A DNA stretch of 64,000 nt from Patescibacteria group bacterium (lineage in GTDB: Bacteria; Patescibacteriota; CPR2; UBA1875), in contig JBGSRK010000009.1 in the NCBI GenBank assembly GCA_041737595.1, forward strand, positions 32,001-96,000, in the 5' to 3' direction. Below the pieces are notes generated by a model. It was given only the letters and a program-made list of their open reading frames with translations. It did no database searches and was not told where the DNA came from. The position numbers and the translations under genes were made by a program. Shown here piece by piece: positions 19,168-30,023 of this stretch (its first letter is position 1; the number at the start of each line of letters is the position of its first letter).

Positions 19168-20079
19168 ATGAACGAAGATAGGACTGGCTTTCAACCTGAT
19201 CATAGGGGGAAAGTCAGAGATATCTACGATCTTGGGGACAGACTTCTCCTAATCGCTACCGATCGAGCTTCGTCGTTTGATGTTGTTCTCCCTGGCACGA
19301 TTCCTGGGCGCGGGGTGATTCTCACCAAGATCTCGAAGTTCTGGCTTGAGGGTCCACTCGCAGATATCGTCCCTAACCACCTTCTGAGCACCAATATCCT
19401 CGATCTTCCAGCTGACTTCCTGATGCAGTTCACTTCTGATGAAGTGGACTATCTCGAAGGTAGAATCATGATCGCGAAAAAGGCCAAGGTTTTCCCTGTC
19501 GAATGTATTGTCAGGGGATATTTGGCCGGCTCAGGTCTCAAGGAGTACAACAATCAAGGGACCGTTTGCGGGATCGTTCTTCCTACTGGTTTGGTCAATT
19601 CCGACAAACTGCCGGAACCGATCTTTACTCCGTCAACCAAGGCCGAGGCAGGCTCCCACGACGAAAACATCACTTTTGGGCAGATGTGTCGCATTGTCGG
19701 CGAGTCAGTCGCAGTAGAACTCAAGCGGCTCTCTCTCGAACTCTACAACAGAGCGGCCGAACACGCTCTGGTACGAGGTGTCATCATTGCCGATACCAAG
19801 TTCGAGTTCGGAATCATCAACGACGAGATCATGTTGATCGACGAAGTTCTGACCCCTGACTCATCTCGGTTCTGGCCTCTCGATGAGTACGAGCCAGGTC
19901 GGGAGCAGAACAGCTTCGACAAGCAGATCCTGAGGAACTACCTTACGGGTCTCAAGAAGCAAGGTCTGTGGAATGGAGAAGCCCCTGGGCCTGTCATTTC
20001 TCAAGAGATCGTCGAACAGACTATCGCACGCTATCGCGAAGTCTACGGGAGAATCACCGGTCATACCTATATGGTCTGA
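19168..20079 (+). CDS. purC: SAICAR synthetase, Ade1-type; GC-rich
   Basis: GKVRDIY, ECIVRGYLAGS, FTPSTKA, ADTKFEFG, DEVLTPDSSRFW, DKQ; AAGGTG SD before ATG 19168. Confidence 0.95.
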   Translation: MNEDRTGFQPDHRGKVRDIYDLGDRLLLIATDRASSFDVVLPGTIPGRGVILTKISKFWLEGPLADIVPNHLLSTNILDLPADFLMQFTSDEVDYLEGRIMIAKKAKVFPVECIVRGYLAGSGLKEYNNQGTVCGIVLPTGLVNSDKLPEPIFTPSTKAEAGSHDENITFGQMCRIVGESVAVELKRLSLELYNRAAEHALVRGVIIADTKFEFGIINDEIMLIDEVLTPDSSRFWPLDEYEPGREQNSFDKQILRNYLTGLKKQGLWNGEAPGPVISQEIVEQTIARYREVYGRITGHTYMV

Positions 20080-20083
20080 CACC

Positions 20084-20140
20084 AACCCCTCAGAAGAAAG
20101 TGCTCCATGAAGGACCTCTCGCGCGAGGGGTTCTTTATTA
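20084..20140 (+). terminator. Long terminator hairpin after purC
   Basis: AACCCCTC...GAGGGGTT then CTTTATT. Confidence 0.6.
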
Positions 20141-20145
20141 TTTAT

Positions 20146-20883
20146 TTATCTAACTATATCCCAATCAGATTCTTTATCATTTTTTAAAATAACTCTGTAA
20201 AAATAACTTTTCATTCTTTTAACGAGTTGTGAAAAAAATCTCCCTTGAAAACGACGATAACTAGTTTCTAGAATTAATTTGGGACAATATTTAATTTTTC
20301 CTATTTCTTTTACTCTTAAAGATAAATCAACATCTTCAAGTGCGCTAATTTCGGGGTTAAACCCCCTTGACTTTAAATAGGCTTTTTTTGTAATCGCAAA
20401 GTTTAAACCCCGAAAAGCATACCCCCGATTAAATATTCGATGGATATAATCGAAAAATATCATGGCAGACCGGAAAGAAAAATTAAATATATCGCTCTTA
20501 TCAAAAAATCTATATGTCCCAACTGTTCCTACATATCTGTTATCATTTATATTATTATAAATTTTTATTAGCCAATCTGACGGTAGAACTGTATCTGCAT
20601 CAGTGCTCGCAATAATTTCACTTTTGACCTTAGTAAAACCTTTTTTCCGAGCAGAACCAATCCCTTGTTTTTTCTCTTTTACAATCTTTAGGGTTGGTAA
20701 TTTTTTTTTGTATTTATTTATTATTTCTAAAGTTTTATCAGTTGAATTATTATCAACTAGAATTAGTTCATATGATACCTCTTTAGAAAGATTTAATATC
20801 GAATTCAAGAGATGTATTATAGATTTCTCTTCATTATAGAATGGTATAACAATAGATATTTTTGGACTATTTTGTAAATTCAT
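20146..20883 (-). CDS. Glycosyltransferase family 2
   Basis: [27 protein letters not shown]. Confidence 0.9.
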   Translation of the reverse strand: MNLQNSPKISIVIPFYNEEKSIIHLLNSILNLSKEVSYELILVDNNSTDKTLEIINKYKKKLPTLKIVKEKKQGIGSARKKGFTKVKSEIIASTDADTVLPSDWLIKIYNNINDNRYVGTVGTYRFFDKSDIFNFSFRSAMIFFDYIHRIFNRGYAFRGLNFAITKKAYLKSRGFNPEISALEDVDLSLRVKEIGKIKYCPKLILETSYRRFQGRFFSQLVKRMKSYFYRVILKNDKESDWDIVR

Positions 20884-22663
20884 CTTCATTGCCTGCTTGA
20901 TGCCCCCAAAGTTTTGCATATAAACCATCTAATTTAATCAACTCTTCATGGGTACCATCTTGAACAATTTTCCCCTTATCAAGAACTAGTATTCTATCAA
21001 GATGTTTAATAGTTGAAAGCCTATGGGCAATAACAAGCGCTGTTTTATCTTTCATAAGTTCCCACAAACCTTCTTGAATATATTTTTCTAATTCAGAATC
21101 ATGTGAACTTGTAGCTTCGTCTAAAACAAGTATTGGGGCTTTTTTTAATAGGGCCCTTGCAATTGCTACTCTTTGTCTTTGCCCCCCACTTAGTTTAATT
21201 CAACGTTCTCCTACTAATGTATTATAGCCTTCAGGTAGTAAATTAATAAATTCATCAGCATGTGCAATTTTTGCAGCTTTTAAAATATCTTTTTTTGATG
21301 CATTTTCATCTCCGTATGAAATATTCTCCAAAAGAGAACGATGGAAAAGTAGTGGTTCTTGCGGAACGTAAGAAATTGCTTCTCTGAGAGAAATTTGGGT
21401 AACTTCTTTAATTGGTTGGTTATCAATAGTTATTTCCCCCGATTCAGAATCTATAAATCTTAAAATCATCTTTGTTATAGTTGTCTTTCCACCACCACTT
21501 GGTCCGACAAGCCCAACTTTTTCTTTTTTCTTAATATCTAAACTAAAATTGTTTAAAAAACACTCTCCATCTTTTCCATTATCACAATATTTAAAATTAA
21601 CATCCGAAAAAGAAATATTTCCATCTATAACTTTTAAATCTTTCGCACAATCAATATCTTTAATTGATGGCGGATCTACAAATAGTTGAGTAAATTCAGC
21701 AGCTTCACTTATAGAAGATTCTGTATTACGATAAATTTTACTAATATTCCAAAATATTCTCGTAATTTGAGCATAATAAGAGAAAACAACTACAATCGCG
21801 CCAGCATTTAAATTAAGGGACTGAGCAAAAAATATTGCCGCAAAAAGCCCAATTGCGTTTGTAAAAACATAAAATGGAGAAACAATTGAATCATAACGTA
21901 AATTTTGAAAATCTGCAGTTTGTTTGAATTTGTTAGTAAATTTATCTACATGTTTACCAAAAATTTTATATTCTTGATTTTCTTTTGCAAAAGACTTAAC
22001 TGCAAGAATATTTGTGAGTGAATCTGATAATCTCCCAACCATTTTACTGCTTGCATCATGTCTTTCTGTAACTAATTTTACTCTTTTTTTAATGAGAGGA
22101 ATGGCGATGAAAACCAATATAGACAAACAAAATAATAATATAGTTGGTATCCAAGGTGAATATCTCCATAAGACAAAAAAGACAAAAAAGACCGGAAGGA
22201 TTTCTGAAACAATATTAAAACTCAAAGTATCAGTCACGGTTTCAAAATTTCTTGAATAGGAAGCAGCCTTTTTTGTAAGTGTTCCAACAAAATTATTCGA
22301 ATAAAAATCATAATCTCTTTCAGCTAATAATGAAAAAGATTTTTTTGATAAGTTATTAATCCCTTTAGTTTCAATTTTAATAATAAAATGTATTCCAACC
22401 CGCCAAAATATTTCCCCGATTAACCAACCTCCGGCAAAAAGGAAAATATAACCTAAAGAATCAGAAAGTAAAATTTGCTGTTTTTCATTAAAAATATCAA
22501 TCAGCTTTGCAATTATTAAAGGTGGGACATAAAAAACAAAAATATTACCAAAACCAGGTGAAAAAAGAGCTATTAGTGTTTGAAATGGAAAACTACGTAA
22601 TTGAACCCAATAATCACTAATAACCTGGTTGACTGCTTTTTTTGTAATTAACTTTTCTGCCAT
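20867..22663 (-). pseudogene. ABC exporter (TMD+NBD) interrupted by in-frame TGA at 21200-21202
   Basis: [13 protein letters not shown] continues in frame through [11 protein letters not shown] and IAHRLST to stop at 20867. Confidence 0.8.
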
Positions 22664-22793
22664 TTTATACCTTTATTTTTTATATAAACTAAATTATAAC
22701 AACAAACAGGAACGTAGCAAAGATAAACAAAAAAGATCTACTTTTAGGTTTTGTTAAATATCGAGATATTTTGTAAATAATCTTTTAGTTTAG

Positions 22794-24800
22794 TTATTGT
22801 TTCATTAAAGCAAATTGGCTGTTATAAAGAGATGCATAAAAGCCTTTTTTTGCTAATAATTCTTTGTGAGTGCCTTGTTCAACAACATCACCATTATTCA
22901 TAACTAAAATAAGATCTGCGTCGCGTATAGTTGAAAGACGGTGTGCTATAACAAAACTTGTTTTATTCTTCATTAAATTATCCATAGCTTTTTGAATAAG
23001 TACTTCTGTTCTAGTATCAACCGAGCTTGTGGCTTCATCAAGTATGAGCATGGGTGTTTTAGCAAGCATTGCTCTTGCAATCGTTAAGAGTTGTTTTTCA
23101 CCTTGAGATATATTATTTGCTTCTTCATTTAATTTCATATCATAACCATCAGGCAAAGAACAAACAAAATGATCAACATGAGCTTCTTTAGCTGTTTTAA
23201 TTATTTCTCTATCAGAAGCATTAGTATTGCCATAGGTAATATTATCTCGAATAGTACCATTAAAAAGCCAAGTGTCCTGGAGTACCATCCCAAAAAGTTT
23301 TCTAACATCAGAACGTCTCATATCTCTGATATCAACACCATCAATTTTTATAGAACCACTATTTATTTCATAGAATCGCATCAAAAGATTTACTAAAGTT
23401 GTTTTCCCGGCTCCAGTTGGACCAACTATTGCAATTCTGTGCCCCGGTTCGATTTTCACAGTAAGATTTTTAATTATTTTTGTATCTGGTTTATAGCCAA
23501 ATACTACATTATTAAATTCAATTTGACCCTTAATATTTGAAATAGTTACCGGTTTTTTTGTTTCTGAAGATTGTTCTTCTTCTGCTAAAAACTCAAAAAC
23601 CCTTTCAGCTGATGCTGCAGTTGATTGTAAAACATTTGCGATATTTGCTGTTTGAGCAATTGGTTGGTTAAACTGTTGAACATATTGAATAAATGCTTGG
23701 ATATCTCCGATTTGTATTTTGCCATTTATTGCTTGCCAACCTCCCACAACAGCAACCCCAACATAACCTAAATTTCCAACAAATGTCATCACCGGGAACA
23801 TTAAACCAGATAAAAACTGTGATTTCCAAGCACTATGATATAACTTATCATTTATCTTATTAAACTTATCAACAGATGACTTTTCACCATTAAAAACACG
23901 CATTACCATATGACCTGCATACATCTCTTCAATATGGCCATTAAGATCGCTAAGTTCTTTTTGTTGTTTTGTAAATTGAACTTGAGATTTTTTCATAATC
24001 AACATAATTAGAATAAAACTTAAAGGTAAAATTAAAAGAGTAACTAAGGTTAAAAGCCAGCTGATTGAAAGCATCATTACGATAATTCCAATAATCATTA
24101 CAAAAGAAGTAACAATTTGAGATAAACTTTGATTTAAAGTCTGGCTAACAGTATCTACATCATTTGTAACTCGGCTAAGAACTTCCCCATAAGTGATTTT
24201 ATCGAAATAGCTAAGTGGTAATCGATTAATTTTTTCAGAAATATCTTTTCGAAACTGATAAGTAACTTTTTGAGTTACTCCCGTCATAATCCAACCCTGT
24301 ATATAACTAAAAATTGCACTAAAAATATATAAAGCAAAAAGAAATAGAATAATATTTCTAGTACTCGTAAAATCAAATTTTGGGCGACTAGTTAAATCAA
24401 GAGATTTAATTTTATCAAGCTTATCCTGAGGGATTTGCTCCAACATTTTAGGAGGCATTTTCTGGATTAAATCAGCTACAGTTGTTCCAGCGGGAAGTTT
24501 CGTCCCAGCTGGAATTTTTTCAATAACCTGATCATATGCTTTAATATTTATATAATCATCAACTATTTGGTTTGTGACATTCCCTAAAATCTTTGGGCTA
24601 ACTATTGCAAATATTGTGCTCGCAATCGCAAAAATAAATACAAACATTATCTTAACCCAGTAAGGCTTAAGATAAACTGCAAGGCTTTTTAGCGTACCCA
24701 TAAAATCTTTTGCTTTTTCTTGTGCATTACCACCTAACATCGGAGGACCAAAATGTCTGCCTGGACGCGCTTGTGAAGTAGTTATTTTTTTTTCTTCCAT
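22794..24800 (-). CDS. Heterodimeric ABC exporter, consensus subunit
   Basis: GPTGAGKT, ISQGEKQ, LDEATSSVD, IAHRLST. Confidence 0.92.
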   Translation of the reverse strand: MEEKKITTSQARPGRHFGPPMLGGNAQEKAKDFMGTLKSLAVYLKPYWVKIMFVFIFAIASTIFAIVSPKILGNVTNQIVDDYINIKAYDQVIEKIPAGTKLPAGTTVADLIQKMPPKMLEQIPQDKLDKIKSLDLTSRPKFDFTSTRNIILFLFALYIFSAIFSYIQGWIMTGVTQKVTYQFRKDISEKINRLPLSYFDKITYGEVLSRVTNDVDTVSQTLNQSLSQIVTSFVMIIGIIVMMLSISWLLTLVTLLILPLSFILIMLIMKKSQVQFTKQQKELSDLNGHIEEMYAGHMVMRVFNGEKSSVDKFNKINDKLYHSAWKSQFLSGLMFPVMTFVGNLGYVGVAVVGGWQAINGKIQIGDIQAFIQYVQQFNQPIAQTANIANVLQSTAASAERVFEFLAEEEQSSETKKPVTISNIKGQIEFNNVVFGYKPDTKIIKNLTVKIEPGHRIAIVGPTGAGKTTLVNLLMRFYEINSGSIKIDGVDIRDMRRSDVRKLFGMVLQDTWLFNGTIRDNITYGNTNASDREIIKTAKEAHVDHFVCSLPDGYDMKLNEEANNISQGEKQLLTIARAMLAKTPMLILDEATSSVDTRTEVLIQKAMDNLMKNKTSFVIAHRLSTIRDADLILVMNNGDVVEQGTHKELLAKKGFYASLYNSQFALMKQ

Positions 24801-26575
24801 TATTTAACTCCCTCACTAATAACTTTAGTTGGATCTATTTCAATAGATTTCAATTCTTCATCAGAGAGTTGTGAATAAGCAATTTCTTTATAAACTTTAT
24901 TATTTTTAAGAAGTTCTTTATGTTTACCTTGACCGACAATTTTACCTTCATCTAAAACAATTATTTTATCTGCATTTGAAATTGTACTAATTCTTTGGCC
25001 AACAATAAGAACCGTTTTATTTTTAATTTCCTCTGAAAGAGCTTCTCTTAGTAGGGAATCAGTTTTAAAATCAAGCGCTGAAAATGAATCATCAAATATA
25101 TATATCTTTGGATCAACTGTAAGTGCTCTTGCAATTGATAACCTTTGCTTTTGTCCTCCTGAAACATTTGAACCACCTTGTGAAATTTTATTATCGTATT
25201 TATTTCCTAAGTTATTCACAAAATCACTTGCTTGTGCAATTTCTACAGATTTTTCTATTTTTGAATCTTTAGCATTTTTATTCCCATATTTAATATTACT
25301 TTTAATGGTTCCCGAAAAAAGTACACCCTTTTGTGGAACATAACCAATTTGTTTATATAAATCTTCTAGATTCATATCTCGAATATCCACACCATCAATT
25401 AATATCTGGCCAGATGAAACATCATAAAATCTTGGGATTAGATTTATAAGAGTTGATTTTCCGCTACCAGTACTACCTATAAATGCAGTTGTTTGGCCTA
25501 TCTCAGCAGTAAAATTAATCCCCATAATAACTGGTAAATCCGCGCCAGGATAACTAAATGTAACATCTTTAAATTCGATTCGTCCCTTACTTTTTTTATC
25601 TATCTTAATAGGTTTTTTAGGATTTTTTATTGTCGATTCTGTTTCAATTACTTCTGATATTCTGTTTGCAGAAACTGAGGCACGTGGGATCATAATAAAC
25701 ACAATTGATATCATTAAAAATGACATAATCACTTGTATTGCATATTGCATGAAAGCAAGCATATTACCTATTTCTAAATTACCGGCATCAATTAAATGAG
25801 CTCCAAACCAAACAATAGCAACTATTGCAAGATTCATAATAAGCATCATGGCTGGCTGTAAAATAACCATTAATCTATTAACAAATAAATTTAAATTTGT
25901 TAGATCTACATTTGCTTTTTCAAATTTTTCTTCTTCTTTAGCTTCATTATTAAATGCACGAACCACTCTTAGCCCAGTCAAATTTTCTCGAGTTACTAAG
26001 TTTAATCTATCAACCATTTTTTGAAGAAGCTTAAATTTAGGGATACCAATTGAAAAAAGAACAATAATCATTACCATTAATGATGTTGCGGCAACAGCAA
26101 TAATCCAGCTCATTGATGGGGCCATATTAATAGCTTTTTGTAGTGCGCCTACAGCCATAAATGGTGCCATTAATACCATCCTAAATATCATGATCATAGC
26201 CATTTGAATCTGTTGAACATCATTTGTAGAGCGTGTTATTAAAGATGCAGTTGAAAATTTATTAAATTCATTTATAGAAAAACCCTCTACTTTTGTAAAA
26301 ACCTTTTTTCTGATATCACGAGAAGCACCTGTTGCAATCTTTGAGGCAAGATAACCTACAATGACAGCACAAATACCTCCACCTAAAGTCACAAGTAGCA
26401 TTAACCCACCATTTTGATAAATTGCATTTATATCTTTTAAGAGGATGCCTTTATTAATAATATTTGCGATATAGTCCGGAAGTTTAAGATTTGCCATTAC
26501 TTGGAGGTAAGTAAAAAAAACTAAAACTACCATTAGCCATGTGTAGGGTTTAAAGAATTTTAGTAATTTTTTCAT
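24800..26575 (-). CDS. Heterodimeric ABC exporter, degenerate-site subunit
   Basis: GSTGSGKS, VSGGQKQR, FDDSFSALD, GQRIST. Confidence 0.92.
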   Translation of the reverse strand: MKKLLKFFKPYTWLMVVLVFFTYLQVMANLKLPDYIANIINKGILLKDINAIYQNGGLMLLVTLGGGICAVIVGYLASKIATGASRDIRKKVFTKVEGFSINEFNKFSTASLITRSTNDVQQIQMAMIMIFRMVLMAPFMAVGALQKAINMAPSMSWIIAVAATSLMVMIIVLFSIGIPKFKLLQKMVDRLNLVTRENLTGLRVVRAFNNEAKEEEKFEKANVDLTNLNLFVNRLMVILQPAMMLIMNLAIVAIVWFGAHLIDAGNLEIGNMLAFMQYAIQVIMSFLMISIVFIMIPRASVSANRISEVIETESTIKNPKKPIKIDKKSKGRIEFKDVTFSYPGADLPVIMGINFTAEIGQTTAFIGSTGSGKSTLINLIPRFYDVSSGQILIDGVDIRDMNLEDLYKQIGYVPQKGVLFSGTIKSNIKYGNKNAKDSKIEKSVEIAQASDFVNNLGNKYDNKISQGGSNVSGGQKQRLSIARALTVDPKIYIFDDSFSALDFKTDSLLREALSEEIKNKTVLIVGQRISTISNADKIIVLDEGKIVGQGKHKELLKNNKVYKEIAYSQLSDEELKSIEIDPTKVISEGVK

Positions 26576-27015
26576 CTATTATTTTCTTTAATTTTCTTAA
26601 GTAGTTTTGTTGTAATAATATTAAGCTGTTTAATTTCAGTTTCCGATAAAATTTCAAAAAAAGTAAAAATTTTATCAAAAGCTTTTTTTCTCGTGTTTTC
26701 TAAATATTTAACACCTTTATTTGAAGGTTTTATTCTAAAAATCCTTCTGTCAATATCATCAACTTCTCTTATAACAAACTTATTTTTGATTAAACCATCA
26801 ATTAACTGTGTTGCGGCACTTTTTGTAACCCCAAGCATATTAGCAATTTCAGTAACATTCATTTCTTTTTTATTTTTCAGCATAAATAAAACCATTGCCT
26901 GAGTAACAGTCATGCCGAAATTATTATTCATACACTGTTTTTCAAAAGCAATCATTCTTTTTATAGCATGAAAGTTTTTAAATATTTTTTCGATTTGTAT
27001 ATTTCTTTTATTCAA
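26572..27015 (-). CDS. MarR-family transcriptional regulator (TTG start)
   Basis: wHTH EIANMLGVTKSAATQLIDGL, DRR; leads the ABC operon. Confidence 0.9.
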   Translation of the reverse strand: MNKRNIQIEKIFKNFHAIKRMIAFEKQCMNNNFGMTVTQAMVLFMLKNKKEMNVTEIANMLGVTKSAATQLIDGLIKNKFVIREVDDIDRRIFRIKPSNKGVKYLENTRKKAFDKIFTFFEILSETEIKQLNIITTKLLKKIKENNR

Positions 27016-27026
27016 ATTCTACCTTA

Positions 27027-27070
27027 GTTAAGTACCTAAATAGTTTAGTATCTTAACCTTTATTTGTCAA
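27027..27070 (-). promoter_or_regulatory. marR promoter with palindromic operator over the -10
   Basis: TTGACA (27070-27065)-17-TAAACT; inverted repeat GTTAAG..CTAAA-TAG-TTTAG..CTTAAC at 27027-27057. Confidence 0.65.
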
Positions 27071-27107
27071 TAATAAATTTTAGGTTAGTTTTAACCTTTA
27101 CCTAAAT

Positions 27108-27920
27108 TTATTTAGATAAAAGTGATTTCATCTGTTTTGCTATAAGATTTGTTGCAAAAACAGGGTTCAGGCGATAAAGCATATTCATAAATTTCGAATC
27201 TTTACCGGTAAATATTTGAAATTTATTTTTTTCTATACCATCTAAAATTATTTTTGCTGCCTCACTGGCAGGGAGCATTGGAATATTTTGTTCTTTTGAA
27301 TTTGTTTTTGGTGTTTCTGGCATTCCAACCCCTGAATTTTTTGAAATATTAGTTTCAGTTGCACCCGGGAAAACGACTGAAACTCGAACATTTGTATCTT
27401 TTAGCTCTGCATATAACCCTTCAGTCAAAAGTTTTACGGCAGCTTTTGATGCTCCATAGACACTCTGCCCAGGAACTGGGAGGAAGCCACCCATACTAGA
27501 AATATTAACTATATGAGCCTCTGGTCTTTTTAATAGTTTTGGCAAAAATGCTTTTACCATATATAGTGTGCCATAAAAATTAACATTCATTACTCTTTCA
27601 ATCGCTTCAAAATCAAGATCGTTAACTTTTAAAAATGGCTGAATAATCCCTGCACAGTTAACTATTCCATCTATACTACCTTGTTTTTTTATAACATCTT
27701 CTGGTAAATCAAAAACGGCCTTTTTATCTGAAATGTTTATAACATGAATTGAAATATCTTTAGCCTTTTCGCCTGCTAATTTTTTTAATTCTATTAAAGA
27801 TTCTTCTCGAAGATCAACCGCAGCTACTTTTGCTCCTTTTGATATCAAAGCTAATGTTATCTCTCTTCCGATACCACTTCCAGCACCTGTTACAAGAATT
27901 GTTTTATTTTGTATATTCAT
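27108..27920 (-). CDS. Short-chain dehydrogenase/reductase
   Basis: TGAGSGIG, NCAG, SS, YGASK. Confidence 0.93.
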   Translation of the reverse strand: MNIQNKTILVTGAGSGIGREITLALISKGAKVAAVDLREESLIELKKLAGEKAKDISIHVINISDKKAVFDLPEDVIKKQGSIDGIVNCAGIIQPFLKVNDLDFEAIERVMNVNFYGTLYMVKAFLPKLLKRPEAHIVNISSMGGFLPVPGQSVYGASKAAVKLLTEGLYAELKDTNVRVSVVFPGATETNISKNSGVGMPETPKTNSKEQNIPMLPASEAAKIILDGIEKNKFQIFTGKDSKFMNMLYRLNPVFATNLIAKQMKSLLSK

Positions 27921-28023
27921 AAGATTAGTTTATCATTTTACTCAATTAATATAAATAAGCTAAACATAGACAGTTAATTTATTATCCTCTATTTAAAAAT
28001 AGTAATAAAATCACAAAATATAC

Positions 28024-29064
28024 TTAATATTCTAAATAAATCTTTTTTTGAGAAGTAAGAACGCGAGCTTTTTTACCAAGTGGGAGTGAAATTTGAGGGT
28101 CTGTGTGACCAAAATCAAGATTTTGAACAATCGGTATACTTTTATTATATTCTCTTACTACTCTTATTATTGTTTCTCTTTGTTCTTTTCGATAATTAGC
28201 TTTTTCGACCGTGCTAAGTTTTTTCCCAAAATCCCACGCCTTAGGACGACCAATTAAAATTGCCTTAAATTTTTCTAAAAATCCCCGTTCTCCAAAACCG
28301 GTAAGAAGATACTCTATAACCCAATGTTCTGGGATGTCTTCTGCAGTTTCAAGAACAAGAATAGTTCCATCTAAATCATTATCATTTGGTAAATATTTGT
28401 TTGTTGTAGTTTGGACAATAAGACTCTCGACACATCCGCCCCACAAAATACCTTCTGCGTTTAAGTTCCCGTCCCAATAAAGACCATCATTTTTTTCAAT
28501 TTCCCTAGTCTTTAAAAGATTTCCCCTATCTGACCAGTCAAGCCCAATATCGTTATAATTATCAGAAACCGTAAGCTCATATTCACCAACATCAAAAAGT
28601 GCATGCTTTAAGAAATTGATAGTTTCACGGTCCATTTCTCCTTGCATCGCGAACTGAGTCATAATTGCACCACCATAATAGGTAGGGATGCCAAGATTCC
28701 ATAAATAATTATGAAGATGAGTGTTATCGCTAAAACCAAAAAATGGTTTTTTATTTGCTATTAATATTTTTGGATCAAGATATTTTAATAATTTAATTTG
28801 GTCATTACCTCCAATTGATGTAAAAACTGCTTTATTATTTGGGTCAGAAAAAGCATCCATAATATCACGCGCCCTATCTTTTAAAGAAGACCCCATTAAT
28901 CTAGTGGTTGGATATTCTTTCGGCACAAGACCAAAAACATCTCTTAATCTTTCTAGCCCAAGGTCAAAAACCCATGGGAAAATTCCAGGTAGTCCAGCAG
29001 ACGGAGATATAACAGCAACTTGGTCACCCTTTTTTAGTTTTGGTAATGTAATAAATCTTTTCAT
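28024..29064 (-). CDS. Peptidase S66 (LD-carboxypeptidase/MccF family)
   Basis: ISPSA, IGGND, GFSDNT, LE, DFGHTDP. Confidence 0.9.
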   Translation of the reverse strand: MKRFITLPKLKKGDQVAVISPSAGLPGIFPWVFDLGLERLRDVFGLVPKEYPTTRLMGSSLKDRARDIMDAFSDPNNKAVFTSIGGNDQIKLLKYLDPKILIANKKPFFGFSDNTHLHNYLWNLGIPTYYGGAIMTQFAMQGEMDRETINFLKHALFDVGEYELTVSDNYNDIGLDWSDRGNLLKTREIEKNDGLYWDGNLNAEGILWGGCVESLIVQTTTNKYLPNDNDLDGTILVLETAEDIPEHWVIEYLLTGFGERGFLEKFKAILIGRPKAWDFGKKLSTVEKANYRKEQRETIIRVVREYNKSIPIVQNLDFGHTDPQISLPLGKKARVLTSQKKIYLEY

Positions 29065-29089
29065 ATTAAAATTTTATCATAAAAGATAA

Positions 29090-29266
29090 TTAATCTTCAT
29101 CTTCATTCTCAATATCTTCTTCAAAGTTATTTCCATCCTCTTCGGGCAAATAATCTGGATCTAAACTTTTGTTTTTTTTAGAAATTTTTTCTGCTTCTTC
29201 TGCATCTTTTAGCCTGCTTCTAAATTCGCCATAACTATCAACCCCTGGTAAAAATTCCCGGCTCAT
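29090..29266 (-). CDS. Small acidic hypothetical protein (58 aa)
   Basis: AGGAGG SD upstream of ATG 29266 (MSREF...). Confidence 0.5.
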   Translation of the reverse strand: MSREFLPGVDSYGEFRSRLKDAEEAEKISKKNKSLDPDYLPEEDGNNFEEDIENEDED

Positions 29267-29279
29267 AATAAATGCCTCC

Positions 29280-30017
29280 TTATTTAACTTTATGGTTTTT
29301 AGAATTATGTTGGTCAAGTTTTTCGTAGAGAGGAACAATCTTAAGTGCAAGAATAAACGCAAATATCAATGCAAACCCACACATAATTGATGCGACACCA
29401 ATTCTTGAATTCACTATAAATAAATAAACAAGAGTTAAGGGAACGATAAATGAAAGATATCCAACAATGAACCAAAATAGAATCTTTCTTAAAATTTTAT
29501 TTGTACCATCTTCCTTTAAGCGTTGGAATGATTCCCACATTGCAAAAAGTAAAAATCCAAAATAATAAAAGCCGTAAAATTTAAATAAAGTTTCCGGTCC
29601 ATTAAATATTACATAATTTCCTCCGCAAGCCGCACCATCAATTGCTTTTGGAACAAAAATAAAATAAAGGCCAAATCCTATAGAAAGAATATACCCTAAA
29701 TATAAAAGCCAGGTTTTTTTATTTATTAAAGAAATAAGATATAAACCTAATATTGGTAATATAGTGATAGAAAAAAGGCCTACCTTTGACCATAAAAGAG
29801 GGTTAGAGCCCGAACAAATTTGAAATTCAGAAATTTGGAAAAAGGCTAAAAAAATTAAGGTATAAATCGCCCCACGGCCGAATTTAGTAGATCTGGCTTT
29901 TAAAAAAGTCCATGCTGCAAGAATTATTTCTGCCGAAAAAGTAAAAAACATTACTTCTGGGGTAAAACAATATAGTTTCAAATAATTATTTTTTTTGTTT
30001 TTAATATTTCTTAACAT
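29280..30017 (-). CDS. Hypothetical multi-pass membrane protein
   Basis: About seven hydrophobic segments, CFTPEV N-terminus. Confidence 0.7.
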   Translation of the reverse strand: MLRNIKNKKNNYLKLYCFTPEVMFFTFSAEIILAAWTFLKARSTKFGRGAIYTLIFLAFFQISEFQICSGSNPLLWSKVGLFSITILPILGLYLISLINKKTWLLYLGYILSIGFGLYFIFVPKAIDGAACGGNYVIFNGPETLFKFYGFYYFGFLLFAMWESFQRLKEDGTNKILRKILFWFIVGYLSFIVPLTLVYLFIVNSRIGVASIMCGFALIFAFILALKIVPLYEKLDQHNSKNHKVK

Positions 30018-30023
30018 TTATAA

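Noticed and set aside
21200-21202. Genome-wide UGA=Gly recoding (code 25)
   Set aside because: Only one internal TGA seen; TGA ends complete genes (purC, pcp, methyltransferase, ABC ATPase) and other ORFs are full length under code 11
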